From the NCBI GenBank assembly GCA_913020725.1, contig CAJWCD010000001.1:23564-87563 (forward strand): 64,000 nucleotides of DNA, in the 5' to 3' direction. The notes under the pieces are model-generated. The model searched no databases and was not told the origin of the DNA. It worked only from the letters and a program-made list of their open reading frames with translations. Both the position numbers and the translations under genes were made by a program. The DNA comes from an uncultured Pseudomonadota bacterium (lineage in GTDB: Bacteria; SAR324; NAC60-12). Below, piece by piece: positions 53,017 through 63,395 of this stretch (the stretch's first letter is position 1; each line of letters starts with the position of its first letter).

Positions 53017-54063
53017 ATGTGGAGCGAGGACAAGCGCAAAGACTTGGAACTGGCGATTTCTCAGATTGAGCGTCAGTACGGGAAGGGATCCATCATGCGG
53101 ATGGGTGATGGTGCAGTGAACATGGCCTCGGCGGTGAGTTCCGGAAACCTTGGCTTAGACATCGCCTTGGGGGTGGGGGGGTACCCCCGAGGGCGGATTA
53201 TTGAGATTTATGGTCCGGAATCTTCCGGAAAGACGACGCTTGCGCTTTGCGCGATTGCCGAAGTCCAAAAAGCTGGTGGAGTGGCTGCTTTCATTGATGC
53301 GGAACATGCCCTGGATCCCGTCAATGCTGGTATATTGGGAGTCAACATGGAGGACTTGCTGGTGGCTCAGCCTGACTATGGAGAGCAAGGACTCGAAATT
53401 GCCGAGCAAATGGTGCGGGTCGGTAAGTCAGACATTGTAGTGGTTGACTCTGTGGCCGCCCTTGTCCCCAAGAATGAGCTTGAGGGCAACATGGGGGATT
53501 CCCACATGGGTCTACACGCCCGCTTGATGTCTCAGGCTCTCCGTAAATTGACAGGATCGGTCTCCAAATCAAACACGATCTTTGTCTTCATCAACCAACT
53601 CCGTTCGAAAATTGGAGTCGTGTTTGGAAATCCAGAGACCACGACCGGGGGCAATGCGCTCAAGTTCTACGCCACTATCCGGCTTGATGTTCGCAAGACC
53701 AGCCAGATCAAACAGGGAGACGAGGTGAGAGGGCACCGGATGAAGGTCAAAGTCGTTAAAAACAAAATGGCTCCACCCTTCCGGATTACCGAGTTCGATT
53801 TGATTTATGGGCAGGGGATTTCTCAGATGGGGATCCTATTGGATTACGCAGTTAATGCTGAAATTATTCAGAAAAGTGGAACGTGGTTCTCTTATGGCAA
53901 GGAGCGTCTTGGGCAAGGCCGGGATAATTCCATCAGGTACCTTGAAGAGAACTCGGAATTCGCCGCTGACCTCGATCGGCAGTTACGCCAACTCCATAAG
54001 CTGATTCCAGACGACACGGAAGAAGGCACGGATGCTTCAGCCGCGACCGAATCCGCAAAGTGA
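53017..54063 (+). CDS. recA: Recombinase RecA
   Basis: Walker [13 protein letters not shown], the L1/L2 loops, and the typical N-terminus ...[24 protein letters not shown]. 348 aa. Confidence 0.92.
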   Translation: MWSEDKRKDLELAISQIERQYGKGSIMRMGDGAVNMASAVSSGNLGLDIALGVGGYPRGRIIEIYGPESSGKTTLALCAIAEVQKAGGVAAFIDAEHALDPVNAGILGVNMEDLLVAQPDYGEQGLEIAEQMVRVGKSDIVVVDSVAALVPKNELEGNMGDSHMGLHARLMSQALRKLTGSVSKSNTIFVFINQLRSKIGVVFGNPETTTGGNALKFYATIRLDVRKTSQIKQGDEVRGHRMKVKVVKNKMAPPFRITEFDLIYGQGISQMGILLDYAVNAEIIQKSGTWFSYGKERLGQGRDNSIRYLEENSEFAADLDRQLRQLHKLIPDDTEEGTDASAATESAK

Positions 54064-55135
54064 GCCGCAAGCGGATTCCTCTGCTTCAAACGAGTTCCAA
54101 AGCCGCATTGAGGGGTATCTCCGAGGCGCGTGTGGCACAGTTGAGATTGAGGATGCCCTAGAGCAGGGCGACCTCTTTGTCGATGTCCGAACGTTTGAGG
54201 AGTATCAAGATGGAGCGATCCCCACCGCTGTTAACGTTCCACTCTTTGATCATTTGGAGCGTACTCAGATCGGTATCCTCTATAAGCACTCCGGGCCTGC
54301 TGCTGCACTGGAGCGTGGCAAAACCTTAGTCGCCACTCGTATCGACTCACTGCTTCAGCAACTCTCACCTCACCGGAAACGCCCCCTTATCGTTTACTGT
54401 GCACGAGGAGGCATGCGTTCTGCCTCTATTGCCCGACTCCTCCATCATGAAGGGTTCCAAGTCCGTCAGCTTGTTGGAGGCTACAAGTACTATCGTCAGC
54501 ATGTTCTGCGCTTTCTTGAGAATTTGCAGTGGCCGCTGATTGTGCTGCACGGCCAAACAGGGGTTGGCAAAACACAGGTCTTGAATCGGTTGACTCCCTC
54601 CCTTGATCTTGAAGACTTGGCACAGCATCGCAGCTCACTTTTTGGTGGGATCCATCGGAAACCCAGAACCCAAAAAACCTTCGAGGGGTTGCTGTTTCAT
54701 GAGTTTCTGCAACTTCCTCAAAATACTCCATGCTTCATTGAAGGCGAAAGTCGGAAAGTTGGCCCGGTTTATTTGCCCAATGCACTTGTAGAGGCAATGC
54801 GAGAAAGTAGGTTAGTGCTACTGACAGCATCGTTGGAAACCCGAGTCTGCCGCATCGTTGAGGAGTATCACGTTGTGGATGAATCCTCGCGCATCGAGGC
54901 CGACCGGATCATTTGCTCACTGAAACCTGTTTTGGGCAACAAGCAGGTGGAGTACCTTCGAGACTGCCTGAGGCAGGGGGAGACTCCCGAAGTGGTGCGT
55001 GTGCTTCTGCGAGAACACTACGATCCTCGCTATGAGTACGCTATGAGTGGCTACCAATATGCCTTGGAAGTTTCTACAGAAAATTTGGATGTGGCTGTGA
55101 GTGAATTGGTCAAGTATTATTATGATTTTTTGTAA
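54032..55135 (+). CDS. selU: tRNA 2-selenouridine synthase (SelU/MnmH)
   Basis: N-terminal rhodanese domain ([17 protein letters not shown]...[10 protein letters not shown]) plus a P-loop domain ([16 protein letters not shown]). The ATG overlaps the recA 3' end by 32 nt. Confidence 0.72.
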   Translation: MLQPRPNPQSEPQADSSASNEFQSRIEGYLRGACGTVEIEDALEQGDLFVDVRTFEEYQDGAIPTAVNVPLFDHLERTQIGILYKHSGPAAALERGKTLVATRIDSLLQQLSPHRKRPLIVYCARGGMRSASIARLLHHEGFQVRQLVGGYKYYRQHVLRFLENLQWPLIVLHGQTGVGKTQVLNRLTPSLDLEDLAQHRSSLFGGIHRKPRTQKTFEGLLFHEFLQLPQNTPCFIEGESRKVGPVYLPNALVEAMRESRLVLLTASLETRVCRIVEEYHVVDESSRIEADRIICSLKPVLGNKQVEYLRDCLRQGETPEVVRVLLREHYDPRYEYAMSGYQYALEVSTENLDVAVSELVKYYYDFL

Positions 55136-55160
55136 GCTACTTATTTTAAAGGTTATTTCT

Positions 55161-57878
55161 ATGCAGTCGTTCAAGGTTTTTCTACTGTGCTCTGTATTTG
55201 GCCTCTTTGGAAGTAGCACTCAGATTTTCAGTCAGCAACTACCGTCTTATGTGGAAACCAGGATGGGGAAATTTCCACTGGAGATTCCAGCGTTGATGCT
55301 TCCGGAACTTCAGCCTCTGAGGTTGGCTTCGGTTCCAGATCCTGCCTTTCCCGAACTTCCGCTCTGGCATTTGGAACCGCAATTGCGACCACCCAGACCT
55401 AGTTGGCTGGATCGTGGCGGAGAAGAAGTGGAGGTTGCCTTTGAGCGGTTGGTGAGCATCCAGTCTGAAAACTATCACGAAAAACGTGAGAACCTGCATC
55501 GAGCCATCCGCCAGTTTGCAAAGGTTGTCTCGGAATACCCAGACACTCATTGGCGTGTTCTTGCGACATTCTGGGGGAGTTACGCGCAACTTCAGCTCAT
55601 TAGAGCTGAAGCCGAGGAAAAACGGAAGACTGGGGAGCCTACTAAGCGCAAATTGTGCCAGAAGAATGAGAGTTTGGTTTCCCTCCGGCAAAGGCTGAAA
55701 CAATTATTGGAGGAGGATTCTGCCAGCGAGTATCGATCACAAACTGTTGTTTTGTTGGCTTGGATGTCACTTTTTGAGCGTTGTTATGATCAGGTTCCAC
55801 AGAAAATTAGTCAATATAATCAGCTAGTAGTGCGACGATCTAAGGAGCATGAGAAACTGCTAAAATTTGGCTTCTATGCTTATTTTAAGAAGGGTGATTA
55901 CAACGAAGCCGTTGCGACCCTGCAAAAGCTCAAAACTTTGTTTCCCCAACAGCACTCATACACTGTAGCTGAAGCAAACCTGCACTACCAAACCCAGCAA
56001 AGGGAAGCGTTGGAGCAACTGGGTAGCCGCATGGCGAGTCGCCTTTTTAACCATGCGGAAACGCAGTACATCTTGGAATTGGTGCTGCGTTCTCATTTAG
56101 AAAGTCGACAGTGGGATAAAGCCCAAGAGGTCTTGAAACAGCTTGGGAGTCGAGGAGGGGTTAGTGATTTGGAATTATTAGGACACGGTGAAATCGCAAT
56201 CCAGCAAAATAACTTGGAGTTAGCGTTCCGGAGTATTCAAGGGATTCGAGATTTGTTTCTCCGGACCAAGATGTGGAAGCGGTTGGTTCATAAGACAGCA
56301 ATGCAAGCAGATTACAGATTATTGCTATCCTTCAATAGGGCATCCACTCTTCAAAAAGATGCGGAATATCATCTCATCCACGGCTATGCCTTGTACCAAG
56401 ATGGGCTTCACTTGCGAGCTTATGACGCTTTTCAGCAAGCCTTTACCTCGTCCCAAGGGGGGGAGGTATGGATTCGGGAGCAAGCACTTTTCCTGCGTTC
56501 CACAATTGAGTTGCACTCCCGTGATTTTGAGCAAGCGGAGAAGCATCTTCAGGAGTTGCTTTCAGAATTTGAGGAATCTTCTCAACGCTCCGAGTATTAT
56601 TTTTGGTTGGGAGTTCTACAACTGGAACAGCGGCAGTCACTTAGGAGCATCCATCTCAGTATGCGACAAGTGGATCCTGAGGGGGTGCGAGGGGACGGGC
56701 GTTGGTATGTGCTTGGATTTTCGAGCCATGAAATGAATGAATGGGGAAAAGCAATTGCCTTCTTTAAGCAACTACTTGAAAAGCACTCGCAGTCGTTATT
56801 TCGGGAAGAGAGTTTTTACCGATTGGCCGATGCTTATTACCAACAGGGGCAGCATTTGGAAGCGGATCAGATATTGTCAGAATATCGAGAAGAATTTCAG
56901 CAGCTTAGTAATGCGGTGCGTGTGATTGAACGCCAAGCACAGAACATGGTCAAGCTTGGGAGACTACAGAAGGCGCATGCTTTGTTACTGAAGGAAGTGC
57001 CGATTCATCCAGACTTCCGACTTGTCGCACTTCATTTGGATATCCTTAATCAGTTACAGGATGATCTCGGAATGCTGGAGCTGGCGATTCGAACTTATAA
57101 CTATGATTTCTTAAGTGACCAGCGAGGACTTATTTCTTACCATCAGGCCAATTCGCTTTTCCGGATGAAGCGTTTTGAGGAATCGCTGAGTTCCTATTTG
57201 GAGGCACAACGAGATCCCCCACCAGATCGTCTCCGATTCATTAAATATCGAATCATTCAAGTCCACCATACTCTCAATCATTATGCGCAATTCTCAGCAC
57301 TGTCTGAAGGTTTTATTCAAGAAAATAAAAATGATGGGAAGGGAAATAGAATATTGGCTTGGCTGAGTGATTATTATGAGCAGGAGGGGAAATTGAGCCA
57401 AGCAATTCCTCATTGGAAGCAGCTAGCAGTGAACTATCAAGCTACGGCTGGTCAAGTGTCGCTCCCGATGGAAAAGCGATTGGAACTCATTATTCGGATA
57501 GGTGGGTTGTACAACAAATTAGCTGACTACAAAGAAGCCGAACGTTGGGTGGACCAAGGATTCGTGCTGAATGAAAAGGTGGGAGGCGAAGGTCAACGAG
57601 GACGAACTCTAAAGCTACTCAAGGAGAAAGGGATTGCTGCTTATGGATTGGGCCAACACAAGCGTGCTCTGGCGGCCAGCTTGAAAGTTTCTTACTTAAA
57701 CCGTGCTATGCCTGAATCGGAAGCTTATCAGCTTCATCTTCGTATTGCGAATAGTTATCAACAGCTTGGGCGCGTACGCGAGGCTAAGGCCATTTATCGA
57801 AAATTGCTTCAGCGGTTACAAAATACTCAGCGGCGTGGTGTAGTTCAGCAGCGGCTCAAAACATTAGAAAATGGATAG
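55161..57878 (+). CDS. Secreted tetratricopeptide-repeat protein (~905 aa) in a lower-GC stretch
   Basis: Signal peptide MQSFKVFLLCSVFGLFGSSTQIFSQQ (the track ORF begins at 55101). Repeated TPR-like helical hairpins throughout. GC is about 42-45% by rough count, versus about 57% in flanking genes. Confidence 0.6.
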   Translation: MQSFKVFLLCSVFGLFGSSTQIFSQQLPSYVETRMGKFPLEIPALMLPELQPLRLASVPDPAFPELPLWHLEPQLRPPRPSWLDRGGEEVEVAFERLVSIQSENYHEKRENLHRAIRQFAKVVSEYPDTHWRVLATFWGSYAQLQLIRAEAEEKRKTGEPTKRKLCQKNESLVSLRQRLKQLLEEDSASEYRSQTVVLLAWMSLFERCYDQVPQKISQYNQLVVRRSKEHEKLLKFGFYAYFKKGDYNEAVATLQKLKTLFPQQHSYTVAEANLHYQTQQREALEQLGSRMASRLFNHAETQYILELVLRSHLESRQWDKAQEVLKQLGSRGGVSDLELLGHGEIAIQQNNLELAFRSIQGIRDLFLRTKMWKRLVHKTAMQADYRLLLSFNRASTLQKDAEYHLIHGYALYQDGLHLRAYDAFQQAFTSSQGGEVWIREQALFLRSTIELHSRDFEQAEKHLQELLSEFEESSQRSEYYFWLGVLQLEQRQSLRSIHLSMRQVDPEGVRGDGRWYVLGFSSHEMNEWGKAIAFFKQLLEKHSQSLFREESFYRLADAYYQQGQHLEADQILSEYREEFQQLSNAVRVIERQAQNMVKLGRLQKAHALLLKEVPIHPDFRLVALHLDILNQLQDDLGMLELAIRTYNYDFLSDQRGLISYHQANSLFRMKRFEESLSSYLEAQRDPPPDRLRFIKYRIIQVHHTLNHYAQFSALSEGFIQENKNDGKGNRILAWLSDYYEQEGKLSQAIPHWKQLAVNYQATAGQVSLPMEKRLELIIRIGGLYNKLADYKEAERWVDQGFVLNEKVGGEGQRGRTLKLLKEKGIAAYGLGQHKRALAASLKVSYLNRAMPESEAYQLHLRIANSYQQLGRVREAKAIYRKLLQRLQNTQRRGVVQQRLKTLENG

Positions 57879-58593
57879 AGTGTTTCACGTGAAACAACAG
57901 GGATTGAACAAATTTATCGTTGTGGCGATTGATGGCCCGACTGGGGTAGGCAAAAGTACACTGGCTCGGAAATTGGCAGATCGGTGGCGATTTCTCTATG
58001 TGGATACTGGAGCAATGTTCCGTTGCTTGGCCCTGAAGTGGAAGGCTCTCGAACATCCGGAAGAGGATGAGGCATTGCAAATGCTTGGAGACAATACTCA
58101 CATCGCTTTTTCAGTCGCAGGGCAAGTGATTTGTGATGACCAGGATGTGAGTACTGAAATCCGGACGGAGGAAATCTCCAAACTGGCCTCACGGATCAGC
58201 AAGTTTGGAGTGATTCGTGAAGTGATGAAACGGCAACAACGTCAACTTGTCACTGAAACCAAAAAGCAACAAGTGTATTCCGGGGCTGTGCTAGAAGGCC
58301 GTGATATTGGGACAGTGGTACTTCCGGACGCTACGATTAAGTTTTTTGTGGATGCGGATCCTAAAATCAGGGCACAGCGAAGGACAGATCAGCTACTGGA
58401 GCAGGGGCAGCAGGTGGATTATACTGAAGTCTTGAAGGCTCTTCAGGAGCGTGATCAGCAGGATCTAAATCGAGCAATTGCCCCGCTGAAGCAAGCAGAA
58501 GATGCGGTTTTGGTGGACACCACACAGTTGACTCCGGAGCAAGTGCTTGAACAGATGTCCGATCAAATCTTACATTCAGCTCATTCGGATTGA
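57871..58593 (+). CDS. cmk: Cytidylate kinase
   Basis: IVVAIDGPTGVGKSTLARKLA, and YVDTGAMFR. 240 aa. Confidence 0.88.
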   Translation: MDRVFHVKQQGLNKFIVVAIDGPTGVGKSTLARKLADRWRFLYVDTGAMFRCLALKWKALEHPEEDEALQMLGDNTHIAFSVAGQVICDDQDVSTEIRTEEISKLASRISKFGVIREVMKRQQRQLVTETKKQQVYSGAVLEGRDIGTVVLPDATIKFFVDADPKIRAQRRTDQLLEQGQQVDYTEVLKALQERDQQDLNRAIAPLKQAEDAVLVDTTQLTPEQVLEQMSDQILHSAHSD

Positions 58594-58596
58594 ACC

Positions 58597-59787
58597 ATGC
58601 AGGCAGTCATACTTGCAGCGAACGCCAGCGAACGTCTCCAACCGTTTACAGAAACACGGGCAAAACCCATGCTTTGGGTTGGGGGTGATTTTATACTGAG
58701 CCACACGCTGCACCAGTTACGCGAAGCTGGGGTGCGAGAAATCATTCTGGTCGTAAATCATTGCGAAGCTGAAATTCGCAACCATTTCAAGAGTGGTGCA
58801 GCTTGGGGGGTGACGATTCGTTATGTGCTCCAACCCGAGATCAAAGGGATTGGTCATGCCTTGCTTTGCTGTCAGCAGCATCTGAACCAGAAACCCTTTC
58901 TGCTGATCTATGGGGATTTGCTGGCGGTTGGAGATCTTTACTCTCCAACACTTGGGCGGTTTACTGAGTTTGGTGAACCCGTTGCTGTGGTGACACTCCC
59001 TGCCTCATCACATGAGTATGGCAATATCTATTTTGATCACGAGATGCGAATCAGCCGACTCGTGGAAAAACCGCAGCAAGGGCAGGCAAATTATGTTCTC
59101 GCCGGAGTTTTTGTGCTGCCGCACGAATTTTTAAGACGTTTGGAAAAAGCCAACCAGAATATTTTGGAATGCTTTCAGGACCATATTACGCAGGGACAGT
59201 TTCATGCTCAACTCTGGGAGAAGGGCTGGATGGATATGATTCACCCTTGGCACATTCTGGAAGCCAATAAAATGATTTTGAATCAATGGGTTACAGCAAG
59301 TATTGATACCTCGGCTCAACTCAGAGGTAACGTTCGGATCGAGGGAGCCGTGCGCATTGAGGGGAATGTGGTCATTGAATCCGGCAGCGTACTAAAAGGC
59401 CCCTGTCTGATTGGAAAAGGCTCTTATATTGGCAATAACGTTCTCATTCGCAACCACAGTGTGGTCGGGCCAAAATCTGTGGTGGGCTATGGCTGTGAAC
59501 TGAAGAACTGCATCACGTTTGGAGGGAACGACATTGGGCGCCTTTCGTTCCTTGGGGATAGTGTGCTGGGAGAAGGAACCGTTTTGGGGGCTGGTGTTAC
59601 AACAGTGAATAGAGTTCCGGACAACTCAGAAATCATCTGTAATATCAATGGAGAAGAAACACGAACAGGGTTAAATAAAATTGGTGCGTTGATTGGTGAT
59701 CGTGTGTTTATTGGGGCAAGACAGACATTCAGACCCAGTACGACAATCTCTAGCGGAACTGTCATTCCGGACAACATTAGCTACTGA
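58597..59787 (+). CDS. Sugar-1-phosphate nucleotidyltransferase with C-terminal left-handed beta-helix (GlmU-like, archaeal-type bifunctional)
   Basis: NTP-transferase N-terminus (MQAVILAANASERLQPFTETRAKPML...IYGDLL) and hexapeptide repeats in the C-terminal ~150 aa. It lies immediately upstream of glmS. Confidence 0.6.
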   Translation: MQAVILAANASERLQPFTETRAKPMLWVGGDFILSHTLHQLREAGVREIILVVNHCEAEIRNHFKSGAAWGVTIRYVLQPEIKGIGHALLCCQQHLNQKPFLLIYGDLLAVGDLYSPTLGRFTEFGEPVAVVTLPASSHEYGNIYFDHEMRISRLVEKPQQGQANYVLAGVFVLPHEFLRRLEKANQNILECFQDHITQGQFHAQLWEKGWMDMIHPWHILEANKMILNQWVTASIDTSAQLRGNVRIEGAVRIEGNVVIESGSVLKGPCLIGKGSYIGNNVLIRNHSVVGPKSVVGYGCELKNCITFGGNDIGRLSFLGDSVLGEGTVLGAGVTTVNRVPDNSEIICNINGEETRTGLNKIGALIGDRVFIGARQTFRPSTTISSGTVIPDNISY

Positions 59788-59789
59788 AA

Positions 59790-61604
59790 ATGTGTGGAAT
59801 TAGCGGCATAGTTGACTTGGAACCGATTGGCACTCGGCTATTTACTTCAATCCGTAATCTTGAGTACCGAGGATACGATTCATGCGGTATTGCGACCTTG
59901 CACGAAGGTCAAATCAATGCGCGGAAAAATATCGGGGGAGTCGATGAGGTCAACTCAATGGAGCAGTTGGATCAACTGCCAGGAACCATTGGCATTGCCC
60001 ATACAAGATGGGCCACTCATGGGGGAGTCACCCAGGAAAATGCACATCCGCACCTTTCGATGCGGAATGAGTTTGCCATCGCTCATAACGGGATTATTTC
60101 CAATTATCAACGGTTGCGGGAGCAGTTAGTCCAGCAAGGGTTTGAGTTCCGATCCCTGACCGATTCCGAAGTGATTAGCAACTTGCTGGAAAATGCTTTT
60201 TATGAGGAGCAGGATGTTGAACAAGCCCTTCAAAGCACACTGAAAAAGCTGGAGGGAACCTTTGGATTGGTGATGATCTCCTTGCACGATCCGGAGCGGA
60301 TTTATGCGGCAAAACGAGAATCGCCACTCATGGTTGGTCTGGGAGAGGGGACAAATTATGTCGGGTCCGACATCAATGCATTCTTGGAGTACACTCGCCG
60401 GGCTTGGGTGCTGGAAGATGGAGAGTATGCGGTTCTTAGCCGTGAGCGGGTGATTATCCGGAAGTTCCCCTCTGGCAAGGTGGTCCAGAAGCAGGTGCTA
60501 CAAATCGAGTGGGACTTGGAAACCACCAAGAAAGGCGTTCACTCCCACTATATGATCAAGGAGATTTTTGATGAACCTCAGACGATTCGCCAAGTACTAA
60601 AGGTTCCGGATGAGCAAATCCAAAAACTTGCAGACTCTCTGACTGTAGCCACACAAACTTATCTCATTGGAGTTGGGACCACCTTCTACGTCGCTCAATT
60701 GGGGCAGTACTTTTTCTCCAGCTTGGCAAGCCGCTTTTTTCCGGTGGTCAGTTCTGATGAGTTTCATGCTGTGGGGCAAGTCCAGCCTGGCAATGCAGTA
60801 TTGGCAGTATCACAATCCGGGGAGACTTATGACACCAAGCACGCCTTAGCGATGGCAAAGGAACGTGGTGCTCAAACGGCGGGGATTGTGAATGTGATGG
60901 GTTCGTCCATCTCAATGATGGTGGACCAAGTGATTATGCAGGGATCCGGGCCAGAGATTTGTGTGGTTTCCACCAAGACAGCTTTGGCTCAAGCCTTGAT
61001 TTTATTAAGAACGGCACTGCTTGCTGGAGGAAAAAACATTCCTGAAAAAAGGCGAAATGCTCTTCATCAGAGTTTGCTGGATTTCCCAGACTTGGTTCAG
61101 CGAGTTTTGAACGAAAAATCAGGATTTGTCCGGAATCTGGCAAATGCCACCAGCCATGTGGATCACTGGCTATATCTCGGATGTGGAGCCTACTACCCAG
61201 TAGCGATGGAGTCGGCTCTGAAAATGAAAGAAGTGACGTATTGCCACGCAGAAGGCATGCCGGCAGGTTTTCTCAAGCACGGCACCTTATCGATGGTGGA
61301 GCCTCGGGTCCATTCCTTGCTCTTTGTTCCGCCTCCGGAAGATGCTGTTTTGCATGAGCGGACACTGGTTGCGATGGAGGAAATCCGCACTCGTGGCGGC
61401 ACCGTCGTGGGCTTCTACTTTGAGGGGGATGAAGCTTCCCGTCCGTTACTCAATCATTCCGTGGAACTTCCTCCCACTGATCCCGTGCTTGCACCCGTGT
61501 TGCAGATGATTGTTGCACAGCTTTTTGCGTACTATGTGGCTCTGGCTCTGAATCGCAATATTGATAAACCCCGCAACTTGGCCAAGTCCGTTACTGTGGG
61601 CTAG
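59790..61604 (+). CDS. glmS: Glutamine--fructose-6-phosphate aminotransferase
   Basis: MCGISGIV N-terminal nucleophile, two SIS domains, and C-terminus ...KPRNLAKSVTVG. 604 aa. Confidence 0.92.
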   Translation: MCGISGIVDLEPIGTRLFTSIRNLEYRGYDSCGIATLHEGQINARKNIGGVDEVNSMEQLDQLPGTIGIAHTRWATHGGVTQENAHPHLSMRNEFAIAHNGIISNYQRLREQLVQQGFEFRSLTDSEVISNLLENAFYEEQDVEQALQSTLKKLEGTFGLVMISLHDPERIYAAKRESPLMVGLGEGTNYVGSDINAFLEYTRRAWVLEDGEYAVLSRERVIIRKFPSGKVVQKQVLQIEWDLETTKKGVHSHYMIKEIFDEPQTIRQVLKVPDEQIQKLADSLTVATQTYLIGVGTTFYVAQLGQYFFSSLASRFFPVVSSDEFHAVGQVQPGNAVLAVSQSGETYDTKHALAMAKERGAQTAGIVNVMGSSISMMVDQVIMQGSGPEICVVSTKTALAQALILLRTALLAGGKNIPEKRRNALHQSLLDFPDLVQRVLNEKSGFVRNLANATSHVDHWLYLGCGAYYPVAMESALKMKEVTYCHAEGMPAGFLKHGTLSMVEPRVHSLLFVPPPEDAVLHERTLVAMEEIRTRGGTVVGFYFEGDEASRPLLNHSVELPPTDPVLAPVLQMIVAQLFAYYVALALNRNIDKPRNLAKSVTVG

Positions 61605-61625
61605 GCGAGGCTTTCCTCTTCCAGT

Positions 61626-61641
61626 TTTCTGAACGTTCAGA
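61626..61641. repeat. Perfect 16-nt palindrome TTCTGAACGTTCAGAA between convergent glmS and motB
   Basis: Seen directly. Possible bidirectional terminator stem, but there is no adjacent T-run on either strand. Confidence 0.25.
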
Positions 61642-61650
61642 AATCCGGAT

Positions 61651-62286
61651 TCACTGATTCCCGTCAAAGAGCAGACTGGCCTCCGCCATTGACTTGGGCG
61701 GGGTTGTGAGGACAATCTCAACGCGACGGTTGGTACGCCGGGCGACCTCTAGGGCGGTGTCTCGCAGTGGATTGCCGCTAGAATCCTTATAACTCACTCT
61801 GGGGCGGGTGTCGGAATATCCGTTGACTGAGATAGTGCCCGAGGGATAGTCCATCTTGTTGATGAGCATGGTGGCAACGTTGGTGGCGCGAGCCGTACTC
61901 AACTCCCAGTTGCTAGGGTACTTGTCGGTACGAATGGGGAGATTGTCGGCATGGCCTTCCACAATGACAAGGTCGCCTTGATGTTCCGGAAGATCTCGTA
62001 TCTTTTTGAAGAACGGAGTTAGCACTCGGATCGCTCCTGCCTTGAGTTCGGCATCTCCGGAACGGAACAGGAAATCTTGAGGCAGGGAAATGATACAGGA
62101 AAGCTTGGTGGAGCGGAGTTGGTAGTTCTTAAAAATCCCAACATTTTCCGTCATGAACTTTTCAAGGCCGTTACAGTTCTTGGGCTGTGTCGAAAGAACT
62201 GTAAGCAGCACGAAAAAACAAAACATCAGGGTCATCAGGTCAGCAAAAGTGATGATCCAAGCACTTCCTCCTTCGCGTCGTCTCAT
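61651..62286 (-). CDS. motB: Flagellar motor stator protein MotB (OmpA-like peptidoglycan-binding C-terminus)
   Basis: N-terminal WIITFADLMTLMFCFFVLL TM/plug signature and C-terminal OmpA-like domain (GYSDTRP...NRRVEI). 211 aa. Confidence 0.8.
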   Translation of the reverse strand: MRRREGGSAWIITFADLMTLMFCFFVLLTVLSTQPKNCNGLEKFMTENVGIFKNYQLRSTKLSCIISLPQDFLFRSGDAELKAGAIRVLTPFFKKIRDLPEHQGDLVIVEGHADNLPIRTDKYPSNWELSTARATNVATMLINKMDYPSGTISVNGYSDTRPRVSYKDSSGNPLRDTALEVARRTNRRVEIVLTTPPKSMAEASLLFDGNQ

Positions 62287-62295
62287 GCTACTTTC

Positions 62296-63261
62296 CTACA
62301 ATCCCAATCCTTGCCCCAGTGCTGCCTGCTCCTCGCTCAGGATTTTCTTGCGCAGCTTGGGAGACAAATAAATGATGAGATCCTTGGCGGCGGTTTCGGG
62401 CAACTCACGACGCTTCAGGTAGAGGAGTCCTTCCCGGATCATTTCCAGCAATAGCACCTGCGATTCCTTGAGCTGAAACCGTTTGGAAGCAATGGGCGTG
62501 AAAACAAGCTGCGAGAGTAACACTCCATACAATGTGGTGATGAGCGCAACAGACATTCCACCCATCACACCTGCAATGTCTGCTCCTTCGGCACTCGAAC
62601 TTCCCAGCATGAGAATGAGTCCCACCACCGTGCCGATCATGCCAAAGGCCGGAGTGGCTTTGCCCATGAACTCCAGCAGGTCAATTTCCTCAAAAGAGCG
62701 ATAGTTGTACATCTCGATCTCGGATCGAACAATCTCTTCAATCATCTCCTCTGAGACAAGGTCCACAGCGATGAAGTCTTGAAGCCAAGTCCGGAGGTCC
62801 GTATCATTGACGGCCTCAATTTCCTCATCTGTGATCAATTCATTATTTGTCCGCTTCTCGCACATATTCACAACGGTTTGGTACACTGCCAAAAACTCGT
62901 CCTCCCGACGTCCCTGTCGAAAAGCCTGACCAACATATAAGATGGCCCGCATGGCATCACTGAAGCGAAAGGCTATCATTGTGGCTGCGTAAGCGCCACC
63001 AAGGACAATGAACAACGATTTTAGATCCACGAAGCGTGCGATGGTTCCTATCCACGAGTCTTGGAAAATCTTGAATTCAGCTTGAAGGGCTCGGATTTCC
63101 TCAATGGCCACTCCTTGCTCCCGAAGTGCCGCCATTGTGGTTTCAAACTCCTTGAGTTGGTAGAGGTAGAAGTTGGAAAGGTAATCCGGCCAAGTGATGC
63201 CCAGAAAAACCAAGAAACAGCCTAGCATCAGGCCAAAGATTGTACCGATGGTGTCTTTCAT
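62296..63261 (-). CDS. motA: MotA/TolQ/ExbB proton-channel family protein (MotA-like stator subunit)
   Basis: Four TM segments with the conserved channel region ...MIGTVVGLILML... and plug-interacting loops. 321 aa. Adjacent to motB. Confidence 0.75.
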   Translation of the reverse strand: MKDTIGTIFGLMLGCFLVFLGITWPDYLSNFYLYQLKEFETTMAALREQGVAIEEIRALQAEFKIFQDSWIGTIARFVDLKSLFIVLGGAYAATMIAFRFSDAMRAILYVGQAFRQGRREDEFLAVYQTVVNMCEKRTNNELITDEEIEAVNDTDLRTWLQDFIAVDLVSEEMIEEIVRSEIEMYNYRSFEEIDLLEFMGKATPAFGMIGTVVGLILMLGSSSAEGADIAGVMGGMSVALITTLYGVLLSQLVFTPIASKRFQLKESQVLLLEMIREGLLYLKRRELPETAAKDLIIYLSPKLRKKILSEEQAALGQGLGL

Positions 63262-63395
63262 GAGTTGCGGTTGGGTTTGTTTTTAAATCAATTGGTCGAA
63301 TGGCATTCTTTTAGCTGTATCTTGCAGGACTCCAGAAGTATTTTCAACATACTATACTTGCTTGAGCAAGTCAGATAATTTCTTACGGAAAAACG

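Noticed and set aside
55101-61604. Considered calling the whole TPR-cmk-GlmU-like-glmS block a horizontally acquired island
   Set aside because: cmk and glmS are core genes, and their GC is only moderately lower. Only the TPR gene is strongly atypical, so the claim is restricted to that gene.
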